NCBI GenBank assembly: GCA_000433455.1
Contig: HF992499.1
Span: forward strand, 72,475 to 136,474
Direction of reading: 5' to 3'
DNA length: 64,000 bases
Source: Mycoplasma sp. CAG:877
GTDB taxonomy: Bacteria > Bacillota_I > Bacilli_A > RF39 > UBA660
Each line of letters opens with the position of its first letter. The stretch's first letter is position 1. Below are positions 36,367 to 45,322 of the stretch, piece by piece. Both the position numbers and the translations under genes were made by a program. The notes under the pieces were generated by a model that worked only from the letters and a program-made list of their open reading frames with translations, did no database searches and was not told where the DNA came from.

Positions 36367-37038
36367 ATGGAATATTATTTATTAACAATACTTGCTTTTT
36401 TAATAACTATTACTGCTCAAATATTTGTAAATGGTAGTTATAGTAAAACAAGAAAAATTAAAAATAAACATAACTTAACTGGTGAAGAAGTTGCAAGAAC
36501 TATTCTTGATAAAAATGGTCTAAGAAATGTCCAAATAGAGGAAGTTCATTCTACTTTAGGCGATCACTATGATCCAACAACAAAAACAGTTCGCTTATCA
36601 AGTGACATCTATCATAATACTTCAATAGCATCAGCTTCTGTTGCAGCTCATGAATGTGGTCATGCTATTCAAGATAAAGATGATTATACTTTTCTAAGAA
36701 TAAGACATGCTCTTATTCCTATTGTAAACTTCTCATCATATGCAGGTTATATTGCTATTGTAATTGGTTGTATCTTTTCAAGTATTAATTTAATCTGGGT
36801 TGGTATTTTAATGGAAATTATTATCTTACTTTTCCAATTAGTAACACTACCAGTAGAATTTAATGCTTCATCTAGAGCTCTAAAACAATTAGAAGAATTA
36901 AACTTATTAGAAAAAAGTGAAATAAAATATTCACGTAAAATGTTAGGTGCAGCAGCTATGACTTATGTCGCATCAGTAGCTGCAGCCGTTCTAGAAATAT
37001 TAAGATTGCTACTTATATTTAATAAAAATAATGATTAG
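36367..37038 (+). CDS. YugP-family zinc metallopeptidase (Zn_peptidase_2)
   Basis: HYDP..K.V.LS ... VAAHECGHAIQD (HExxH) followed by 3 TM helices. Confidence 0.85.
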   Translation: MEYYLLTILAFLITITAQIFVNGSYSKTRKIKNKHNLTGEEVARTILDKNGLRNVQIEEVHSTLGDHYDPTTKTVRLSSDIYHNTSIASASVAAHECGHAIQDKDDYTFLRIRHALIPIVNFSSYAGYIAIVIGCIFSSINLIWVGILMEIIILLFQLVTLPVEFNASSRALKQLEELNLLEKSEIKYSRKMLGAAAMTYVASVAAAVLEILRLLLIFNKNND

Positions 37039-37065
37039 TATTTCATACCTTGAAATACTTTTCTT
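37038..37065 (+). terminator. rho-independent terminator (copy 1 of a duplicated hairpin)
   Basis: agtatttca-tacct-tgaaatact followed by tttctt. Confidence 0.65.
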
Positions 37066-37162
37066 ATGTAAAAATTTAAAGTGAACCAACAGTCGCTTGG
37101 AAAAAAATAAACCTTATGCTATCCTATATTTAAATAATAAAAAAATAGAAAGGTAGTAGTAT

Positions 37163-38215
37163 ATGAATCAAGAAAAAATAGGTAAATTAATCGCCGAATT
37201 ACGTAAAGAAAAGAATCTAACTCAAGAAGAATTAGGAAGAAAATTAGGAGTAACAAAAAACGCTGTAAGTAAATGGGAAAGAGGACTTTCCCTAATGGAT
37301 ATGTCTCTTTTAAAACCATTAAGTGTAGTCTTAGATATCTCTATCGTTGAACTATTAAATGGAGAAAAAATATCCAAAGAAAAACTAAATGAAAAAACAG
37401 AAGAAGTAGTAGAAAATACCATTGATTATAGCCGAAAAGAAATAAAGAAAAATAAATATATAAACATAGCTTTAACAACCCTAATAATCATCATAGTATT
37501 AACATTAAGCCTCTTCACTTATAAATTAATTCTACTAGAAAGATATACATTTAAAGAACCAGAAAATGCCAAAGAAGTAGTCGAAGGACTAAAAATAAAA
37601 AATGAACTAAAAATATATAAAAGAACTATTCCAGAAAATGAATATTTACAAATAGATGATATAAAATTAAGAAATGATTTTAAAGACTATGAAAAAGAAG
37701 AACAACCTAATCTAAATGTTGTTAACTATACATTGAAAGAAAATGATAAAACAAAAAGTCACTTTTCATTTTCTAAATCATCTCAAAATATTGATTTATT
37801 TGTAAGTAATGATATTAATTTTTATATTCCAAAAGATTATAATGTTACATGTCCTGAAAGCAGTTTTACCTATGCTGATAGAAAATATTTTCTCCTTAAA
37901 AATGATATAAATGATGATGTTGACTATATTAACTATGTCCGTGAAAATTACTTTATAAAAAATAATATTTTAATGGATAGACGTACTCTTATGGAAAACT
38001 TTGCCTTTAACTTATTTACCGCAACAATTATTCCAAATGTAGAAAGTATAACTCTAATTACAGGTGATTATCGTGGCTATATTTATAATATAAAAGGAGT
38101 AAGAGAAGTACATATTATAAGAAATGATCAAAGCTATATGTTCTTATTCTATGGAGAAAACCTAACAACAGATGATTATATAACTGATTTATTAAGTACA
38201 TTAGAAATAAAATAA
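37163..38215 (+). CDS. XRE-family HTH regulator fused to a TM segment and an extracytoplasmic domain
   Basis: IGKLIAELRKEKNLTQEELGRKLGVTKNAVSKWERG (HTH_3). One TM helix (INIALTTLIIIIVLTLSLFTYKLILL). C-terminal domain of about 230 aa. Confidence 0.8.
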   Translation: MNQEKIGKLIAELRKEKNLTQEELGRKLGVTKNAVSKWERGLSLMDMSLLKPLSVVLDISIVELLNGEKISKEKLNEKTEEVVENTIDYSRKEIKKNKYINIALTTLIIIIVLTLSLFTYKLILLERYTFKEPENAKEVVEGLKIKNELKIYKRTIPENEYLQIDDIKLRNDFKDYEKEEQPNLNVVNYTLKENDKTKSHFSFSKSSQNIDLFVSNDINFYIPKDYNVTCPESSFTYADRKYFLLKNDINDDVDYINYVRENYFIKNNILMDRRTLMENFAFNLFTATIIPNVESITLITGDYRGYIYNIKGVREVHIIRNDQSYMFLFYGENLTTDDYITDLLSTLEIK

Positions 38216-38221
38216 TTATTA

Positions 38222-38256
38222 AGTATTTCATATTTCTTGAAATACTTTTTCTTTTT
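38222..38256 (+). terminator. rho-independent terminator (copy 2 of a duplicated hairpin)
   Basis: agtatttca-tatttct-tgaaatact followed by ttttctttttc. Confidence 0.65.
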
Positions 38257-38407
38257 CTACTAAAATATGATACAATATAGACGCAAGAAAATTATAATGA
38301 ATATTTATAAATATAATACATGTAAACTATAAAAAAATGTAAAGATAAAATAAAAGAATTATTGACTAAACATTTTATAAATATTATCATTATAAAAGAG
38401 GTGGAAC

Positions 38408-38983
38408 ATGTACTACAATAGAAAAAAATACATTTTAAAAAATGTTATTATAATTACCTTTATCCTTTTAGTTGCTATCGTCGCAACTCATAATATCTAC
38501 TATAAGTTCACAAAAGAAAGAGATATTGACTATAGTTCAGAGTCTCTTGATATAGTATTTCATGATGTTGATGGAGCAGAAATTGATATAACCAAACCAA
38601 CACTTGTAAATGATGCGATTGGTCTATCTTCTAAGGCTTATACACTAACTATTAAAAATAACTTAACAGAACCAGTTGACTATCAGTTAAAACTAGTTGA
38701 CAATGCTGACAAGATTATTTCTGATGACTGTGCTACTCTTCAAATACCTAAAGAGTTAATAAGAGTAGCTGTTAAAGAAGATTCTTCAAAGAATAATATT
38801 TATACTTTAGGAGAACTTACAAATGGTATTCTAGATTTAGGCGAGATAGCTGCTCTAGCTGAAAAGAATTATTCAATTAGAATTTGGGTAACTAATGCAA
38901 CTGATTTAAATGTTTCAAAAAGTCTTCACTACCATGGAACGATCCAAGTAGTAGAAAAAGGAACGGACTTAGCCGTTAGATAG
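38408..38983 (+). CDS. signal-anchored hypothetical protein
   Basis: N-terminal TM helix (VIIITFILLVAIVATH) and a beta-rich ectodomain. Good RBS (AGAGGTGG). No family recognised. Confidence 0.55.
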   Translation: MYYNRKKYILKNVIIITFILLVAIVATHNIYYKFTKERDIDYSSESLDIVFHDVDGAEIDITKPTLVNDAIGLSSKAYTLTIKNNLTEPVDYQLKLVDNADKIISDDCATLQIPKELIRVAVKEDSSKNNIYTLGELTNGILDLGEIAALAEKNYSIRIWVTNATDLNVSKSLHYHGTIQVVEKGTDLAVR

Positions 38984-38992
38984 GAGTCTTAT

Positions 38993-39478
38993 ATGGAGAT
39001 AGATTTAAGTTTATTACATAGTAAAACAAAAGAAGAAATAGATATTACTAATACTTATACAATTCCTAAAGAGTATTATGAATCAACAATCGTTGAAAAA
39101 GCAGAAAATATTAAAGTAACTGGTAAAGTTTATATGGCTGCATCAACAGATGCTGCTGATGAAGAAGAAGACTACATTAAAGCCAAAATAGAAGGGGATA
39201 TAATCTTAACAGACTCTATCTCTCTAGAACCAATTTCTTATCCAATTTCTATCGATTTTGATGATATTTTGGAGCAAAATTGCAAAAAAGATGAAAATAC
39301 ACTTGATATATTTCAGTTTTTATGGGAAAATATTGTACTGGAGATCCCCTTACAATTTACTAAGGTTAAAGATCTCAGTAAGTTTCATGGGGATGGATGG
39401 AAATTAGTTAGTGAAGATGAACTAACAACAAGAAATAATCCATTTTCTGATTTATTAAAAGATTTCGAAGAGGAGTGA
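38993..39478 (+). CDS. yceD: YceD/DUF177 family protein
   Basis: Acidic ~160-aa protein immediately upstream of rpmF (conserved synteny). Contains the W..I.LEIPL block. Confidence 0.75.
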   Translation: MEIDLSLLHSKTKEEIDITNTYTIPKEYYESTIVEKAENIKVTGKVYMAASTDAADEEEDYIKAKIEGDIILTDSISLEPISYPISIDFDDILEQNCKKDENTLDIFQFLWENIVLEIPLQFTKVKDLSKFHGDGWKLVSEDELTTRNNPFSDLLKDFEEE

Positions 39479-39482
39479 TAAT

Positions 39483-39692
39483 ATGATGAAGTTAGACATT
39501 CAAATGTTTGCTGTTCCATTCCGTAAAGTTTCAAAGACAAGAAAGAGAATGAGAAGAAGTCACAATGCAATGGAAATACCAGGCGTTAGTAAATGTCCAA
39601 GTTGTGGTGAAATGATTAAACCACACAGAGTATGTCCAAAATGTGGAAACTATAAAGGCAACAAAGTAGTAGAAGTAAAAGAAGCTGAGTAA
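39483..39692 (+). CDS. rpmF: 50S ribosomal protein L32 with a 9-10-residue N-terminal extension
   Basis: AVPFRKVSKTRKRMRRSH ... CPSCGEMIKPHRVCPKCG is canonical L32. It is preceded by MMKLDIQMF. AGGAG at 39471-75 supports the upstream start. Confidence 0.92.
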   Translation: MMKLDIQMFAVPFRKVSKTRKRMRRSHNAMEIPGVSKCPSCGEMIKPHRVCPKCGNYKGNKVVEVKEAE

Positions 39693-39751
39693 TCAGTTTT
39701 TTTTATTTTATTTTTTTCTGAAAAAACGATATAATAAACATGGTGATAAAA

Positions 39752-42082
39752 ATGCAAAATACAACACAATCAACAACTTTAATAATTTGTCCTAATGAAA
39801 CAAAAATGAAACTATTAAAAGATTCATCTTCTAAGAATGAATTACTAAATATAAAATTCATGACCAAAGAAGAATATAAAAATATCTATTATTTTTCTTA
39901 TGATGAAAAAACATTAGCCTATCTAATGAAAAAATATAACTACAATATCGATGTCTGTAAAGTCTACTTAAATAACCTATACGTAATAGATGAGGCTAAG
40001 ACTTATAAAAGTCCTAAACTAAACTTCTTAAAAGACCTAAAAAAAGAATTACTCCAAGAAAATCTTTTAATTATCAATAAAACTTACAAAGATTATCTAA
40101 AAGATAAACATATTATTGTAAAGAATGAGTATAACCTAGATAAATACGAAGAGGAAATGCTAAATCTAAAACAAACAACTTATCAAAGTATAAAACTAGA
40201 AACTCCCGTAGTAGAATGTACAACTATCGAAGAAGAAGTAAACTATGTCTGCCTAAAAATACTAGACCTTCTAAAACAAAATGTTCCTCTAAATAAGATT
40301 TATCTAACTAATGTCCAACAAGAATATTTCTACATCTTAAAAAAAGTCTTTTCTTACTACCATATCCCAATAAACATCAATTTTAAGTATTCAATCTATT
40401 CAACTAAAGTAGTAAAAGACTTTTTAGAAACCGGTGAACTAGACTTAGAAAATACAAAGAAACTCCCTCTAAATAAAAAGATAATTAATATCTTATCATC
40501 CCTAACTAGTCTAGATGAAGCCTCTAAAGAATATAAAACTATTCTCCTAGACAAACTTCAAAATACTTATCAAAGTCCAACTATTCTAAAAGATGCTGTT
40601 TCTATAAAAGATTTGTATAAAGAAAATTTTACTGATGATGAACATGTCTTTGTCCTAGGTTTCAACCAAGACGTCTTACCTAAAATGGAAAAAGATATAT
40701 CTTATATCAGTGATAAAGAAAAAGATGAAGTACCATTATATAAAACTTCTTATTTAAATAAACGTAATAAAGAAACTCTAACTTACATCTTATCTACTAT
40801 TAAAAACTTATACTTATCTTATAAAATATCAACACCATTTAGTAGTTATTATAAATCAAGTCTAATTACTGATTTATCTCTTCCAATCATCAAACCAGAC
40901 TTAGACAATTACGACTCTTCAAATATCTATAATAGTCTTCGTCTTGCTACTAAACTAGATTTATATCACTTATATGGAGAAAAAGATGAAGTCCTATCAA
41001 AACTCTACACTCACTATCAAATACCTTATAAGACTTACTCCAACGACTTTACTGGTCTAAATAAAGATGAATATCTAACTAACTTACCATATCCATTAAA
41101 ATTATCTTATACTAGTCTTAATGCCTATAGTGAATGTAAGTTTAAATACTACATTAGACATGTCTTAAAACTAGAACCATATACCGATACTTTCCAAACT
41201 TATGTTGGAACTATGTATCATTACATCTTATCAATCTATAAGAAAACAAACTTTAACTTTGAAGAAGAATATCAAAAATACTTAGAAAAAAGAGATCTTT
41301 CTCTAAAAGAAAAGCTCTTACTAATTCGTATTAAAAAAGATCTTCTAAAACTAATAGATGTCCTAAATAAACAAGACTTAATAACCGGCTATAACGATGC
41401 TTACTATGAAAAGAAAATAGATATCGACTTAAAGAAAAAAGTTTCTGTAATCTTTACTGGAACCATTGATAAAATAATGTATTATCAAAATATTGAAGAC
41501 ACATACTTCTCAATAATTGATTATAAAACCGGAACAATCGATACTCATATCGAACCTATGAAATATGGTCTTCATATGCAACTACCTGTCTATCTTTACT
41601 TAATTCATTATTCTAAAGCCATTAAAAGTCCGATCTTTACCGGAATCTATTATCAAAATATTCTTTTCAATTATCCAACTTGGGATAAAGACATTACTAA
41701 AGTTAAAGATGACCAATACATGTTAAATGGCTACTCAACTGAAGATATTTCTATTCTTAGTCGCTTTGATTCAACTTATGAAAAAAGTACTTACATAAAA
41801 AGTCTATCTTACTCTGATGAGAAAGGTTTTAGTTATAACACTTCTAAAAAGATTCTAACTAACGATACCTTATACAACTTACTAAACTACACTAAAAACT
41901 ATATATCAACATCAACTGACAGTATCTTAGATGCCGACTTTAAAATAAATCCTAAAGTCTATTCTGGTATTAATGAATCATGTAAGTTTTGTTCTTTCAA
42001 TGACTTATGTTACATGAAGGAAAAAGACTTAGTATATTTAGAAAAACAAACTGACTTATCATTCTTAGGAGGTGATGAATAA
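39752..42082 (+). CDS. addB: helicase-nuclease complex subunit AddB/RexB (short form)
   Basis: C-terminal RecB-type nuclease (IDYKTG) with Fe-S cysteines (..ECKFKYY.. and CKFCSFNDLC). Precedes and overlaps addA by 1 nt. The start at 39740 is also possible. Confidence 0.85.
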   Translation: MQNTTQSTTLIICPNETKMKLLKDSSSKNELLNIKFMTKEEYKNIYYFSYDEKTLAYLMKKYNYNIDVCKVYLNNLYVIDEAKTYKSPKLNFLKDLKKELLQENLLIINKTYKDYLKDKHIIVKNEYNLDKYEEEMLNLKQTTYQSIKLETPVVECTTIEEEVNYVCLKILDLLKQNVPLNKIYLTNVQQEYFYILKKVFSYYHIPININFKYSIYSTKVVKDFLETGELDLENTKKLPLNKKIINILSSLTSLDEASKEYKTILLDKLQNTYQSPTILKDAVSIKDLYKENFTDDEHVFVLGFNQDVLPKMEKDISYISDKEKDEVPLYKTSYLNKRNKETLTYILSTIKNLYLSYKISTPFSSYYKSSLITDLSLPIIKPDLDNYDSSNIYNSLRLATKLDLYHLYGEKDEVLSKLYTHYQIPYKTYSNDFTGLNKDEYLTNLPYPLKLSYTSLNAYSECKFKYYIRHVLKLEPYTDTFQTYVGTMYHYILSIYKKTNFNFEEEYQKYLEKRDLSLKEKLLLIRIKKDLLKLIDVLNKQDLITGYNDAYYEKKIDIDLKKKVSVIFTGTIDKIMYYQNIEDTYFSIIDYKTGTIDTHIEPMKYGLHMQLPVYLYLIHYSKAIKSPIFTGIYYQNILFNYPTWDKDITKVKDDQYMLNGYSTEDISILSRFDSTYEKSTYIKSLSYSDEKGFSYNTSKKILTNDTLYNLLNYTKNYISTSTDSILDADFKINPKVYSGINESCKFCSFNDLCYMKEKDLVYLEKQTDLSFLGGDE

Positions 42083-45000
42083 TGGCTTGGACTCCTGAAC
42101 AATTACAAGCAATAAATGAAGAAGGAAAAAATATTATTGTCTCTGCTGGAGCCGGTTCTGGAAAGACCGCTGTCCTAACTGAGCGAACTATTCGTAAACT
42201 AAAAACTGGTGTTCATATCAATGAATTACTAGTCCTAACATTTACTAATGCAGCAGCTGCTGAAATGAAAGATCGTATTAGAAGAGCCATTAATAAAACA
42301 CCGGGCCTAGAAGAAGAGGCCAATCTAATAGATGGTGCCTACATCACAACCTTTGACTCTTTCTCCTTATCAGTTGTTAAAAAGTACCATACTAAGTTAA
42401 ATGTTAGTAATAACATTAAAATTACTGATGATGTTATCATCAATATTGAAAAAAATAAAATTCTAGACGAGATTTTTGAAGAAAACTATTTATCTCCTAA
42501 AGAGAAATTTACTAATCTAATCAAAGACTTCTGTCTAAAAGATGATAAAGAATTAAAAGACTATATTCTAAATTCTTATAAAAAAATAGAATTAAAGTAT
42601 GACCGTAGCGAATATCTTTCTACTTATCTAGAAAACTATTATTCTAAGGAAAACATTCAAAAACTTATCTCAGAATATATCTCTGTAATTTCTTCTTATC
42701 AAAAAGATATTACTAACTTAATAACGGACTTAAATTCATACTTTGATGGAACTTACGTAACTAAAGTAAGTGATGTCCTAGAAAAGTTCTTATCGGCTAA
42801 AACTTATGCTGAATTAAAAAATAGTCTTTTAGATGTAAAATTACCTGCTGTCCCAAGAAATTCTGATGAAGAAGGTAAGAATATAAAAACAACCATTTCT
42901 TCACTTATATCAGATGTTAAAGACCTATTAATCTATGAATCAGAAGAAGAAATGCAAGAAGAAATCCTATCAACTAAAGAAAATGCATCTGTCATAATCT
43001 CTATTCTAAAAGAACTAGATAAACGTATCGAAAACTATAAAAGAGAAAACGAAATCTATAACTTTACCGATATTGCTCATCTAGCCATTAAAGTAGTTAA
43101 AGAAAATCCGGATATTAGAGAAGAATTATCCGCTTCTTTTAATGAAATCTTAGTCGATGAGTACCAAGACACTTCTGATACTCAAGAATTATTTATCTCT
43201 CTAATCTCCCATAATAATGTCTACATGGTAGGGGATATTAAACAATCAATCTATCGTTTCAGAAATGCTAATCCTTATATCTTTAAAGATAAATATGATA
43301 CTTATCGTGATACTGATAAAGGTATTAAAATCGATCTAAATAAAAACTTCCGTTCCAGAAAAGAAGTCTTATCAAATATCAATCTTTTATTTGATTTATT
43401 CATGGATGATGAAATAGGAGGTGCTGCTTATCAAGAATCACATCGTATGGTCTTTGGTAACAATCTCTATATCGAAAAAGGATCAACTGATCAAAACTAT
43501 GACTTAGATGTTTTAACTTATGAACTAGAAAAGAATAGTCCTATTACTAAAGATGAACGTGAAATATTTATCATCGGTCAAGATATCAAAGAAAAAATTG
43601 CTTCAAACTATCAAATCTTTGACAAAGACACATCAATTCTTAGAACCATAAACTATTCAGATATTGTCATCTTACTAGATAAAAGTAAAAACTTTGACCT
43701 TTACAAGAAAATCTTTGAATACTTACACATTCCACTATCTATAGAAAAAGACTCTTCTCTTCGTAAAGATCAAGACATCTTAGTCATAAAAAGTCTTTTA
43801 AAGTTCTTAAAGTGTCTAAAAACTTCCTCTTTCGATCAAGAATTTAAATATAGTTTTATCTCTCTTGCTAGAAGTTTCTTATTTAACTTACCAGATGATG
43901 AAATTTATCACTACTATGTTACAAATACATACAAAGACAGCATTATTTATCAAACTTGTCTAGAACTAGTAAAAAGTATTGATACTATGTCCGCTGCTGA
44001 ATACTTAGACTATATCTTAACAGAACTTCACTATGAAGAAAAACTTCTAACTATCGGTAGTATCTTATCATACCGTACTAGACTAGAATATATTTATAAT
44101 CTAATAAATGACTATTCCTCATCAGGTAACACTATCTATGACTTTATTGAATACTTGGATGAGATATACACCAATGATTATGACTTAAAATTCAAAGTAA
44201 ATGAATCAAGTACCAATAGTTGTAAAATCATGACTATTCATAAATCTAAAGGTCTAGAATTCCCAATCTGTTACTTTGCTGGTTTTACTAGTAACTTTAA
44301 TATTAGTGAACTAAAAGAAAAGATAATTTTCGATAATAAATACGGTCTAGTCCTACCTAAAGTAGATGAATACTATAAAGAAACAATTATAAAAACTCTT
44401 CTTAAACGAAATACTAAAAAAGAAGAAATATCTGAACGTATTAGACTTTTATATGTTGCCTTAACTAGAGCTAAAGAAAAGATGATTATCGTTATTCCAA
44501 CTCAGGAAGAGACAAAAGAAGTTACCTCTATTGTTCCAGTCTATGAACGTAGTAAATATAATAGTTTCTTATCAATTTTAAAAAGTATATATTCCGTTCT
44601 TTTACCATACGTAATTCTAAAAGAACCAAACTGTACTAAAGACTATTTAAAAACAACTAAGTCTCAAGCTGAAAAAGAACTTATCCTTCCCCAAGATAAT
44701 TTAAAAGTAGACGAAATATCTATTGAAACATCTAAAGTAGAAGAAAGTCATTTTTCTAAAGAAACCCTTCATATCTTCACTAAAGAAGAAAATGAACTAC
44801 TAGAGTTTGGTACTAAAGTCCATGAACTTCTAGAAACTCTAGACTTTACTAAGCCATTTTCTCTAGAATCAAAACACCTAGAACAAAAAATATCAGCTTT
44901 TATAAATTCATCCCTTATCCAAGAAAACCTTAATTATCCAATGTATAAAGAGTATGAATTTATTTATGAAGAAGATAATACTTTAGCTCATGGTATAATC

Positions 45001-45189
45001 GATTTATTAATAGAAACACCAACTAGAATGCTTATTATCGACTACAAATTAAAAAATATTGATGATTCTAACTATGACAAACAACTAAATGGTTATCGTA
45101 AAGTAATTAAAGAAAAAACTAAAAAGGAAGTATCTTGTTACTTATATTCGATTCTAGAAGAAAGATTTAGAGAAGTAGAGGAAAAATAA
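42082..45189 (+). CDS. addA: helicase-nuclease complex subunit AddA/RexA
   Basis: UvrD/Rep motifs (AGAGSGKTAVLTER, VDEYQDTS, TIHKSKGLEF, LLYVALTRAK) plus a C-terminal nuclease (GIIDLL..., IIDYKL). Confidence 0.93.
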   Translation: MAWTPEQLQAINEEGKNIIVSAGAGSGKTAVLTERTIRKLKTGVHINELLVLTFTNAAAAEMKDRIRRAINKTPGLEEEANLIDGAYITTFDSFSLSVVKKYHTKLNVSNNIKITDDVIINIEKNKILDEIFEENYLSPKEKFTNLIKDFCLKDDKELKDYILNSYKKIELKYDRSEYLSTYLENYYSKENIQKLISEYISVISSYQKDITNLITDLNSYFDGTYVTKVSDVLEKFLSAKTYAELKNSLLDVKLPAVPRNSDEEGKNIKTTISSLISDVKDLLIYESEEEMQEEILSTKENASVIISILKELDKRIENYKRENEIYNFTDIAHLAIKVVKENPDIREELSASFNEILVDEYQDTSDTQELFISLISHNNVYMVGDIKQSIYRFRNANPYIFKDKYDTYRDTDKGIKIDLNKNFRSRKEVLSNINLLFDLFMDDEIGGAAYQESHRMVFGNNLYIEKGSTDQNYDLDVLTYELEKNSPITKDEREIFIIGQDIKEKIASNYQIFDKDTSILRTINYSDIVILLDKSKNFDLYKKIFEYLHIPLSIEKDSSLRKDQDILVIKSLLKFLKCLKTSSFDQEFKYSFISLARSFLFNLPDDEIYHYYVTNTYKDSIIYQTCLELVKSIDTMSAAEYLDYILTELHYEEKLLTIGSILSYRTRLEYIYNLINDYSSSGNTIYDFIEYLDEIYTNDYDLKFKVNESSTNSCKIMTIHKSKGLEFPICYFAGFTSNFNISELKEKIIFDNKYGLVLPKVDEYYKETIIKTLLKRNTKKEEISERIRLLYVALTRAKEKMIIVIPTQEETKEVTSIVPVYERSKYNSFLSILKSIYSVLLPYVILKEPNCTKDYLKTTKSQAEKELILPQDNLKVDEISIETSKVEESHFSKETLHIFTKEENELLEFGTKVHELLETLDFTKPFSLESKHLEQKISAFINSSLIQENLNYPMYKEYEFIYEEDNTLAHGIIDLLIETPTRMLIIDYKLKNIDDSNYDKQLNGYRKVIKEKTKKEVSCYLYSILEERFREVEEK

Positions 45190-45210
45190 AAAGTATAAAA
45201 AACACAAATT

Positions 45211-45235
45211 AGAGAAGTAAATCTTCTCTTTTTTA
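45211..45235 (+). terminator. rho-independent terminator
   Basis: agagaag-taaat-cttctct followed by tttttt. Confidence 0.75.
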
Positions 45236-45266
45236 CTTTTCGTTTAACGTAAAATGCTTGTTATCA

Positions 45267-45295
45267 TTGACTTTTTGTCCATTTTATGATAAAAT
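45267..45295 (+). promoter_or_regulatory. putative sigma-A promoter (ttgact-17 nt-taaaat, with TG at -15/-14)
   Basis: Hexamers and spacing read directly, ~28 nt upstream of the dinG-like start. Confidence 0.5.
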
Positions 45296-45322
45296 ATGCG
45301 TACTAATTGAGGGGGAATGGTT

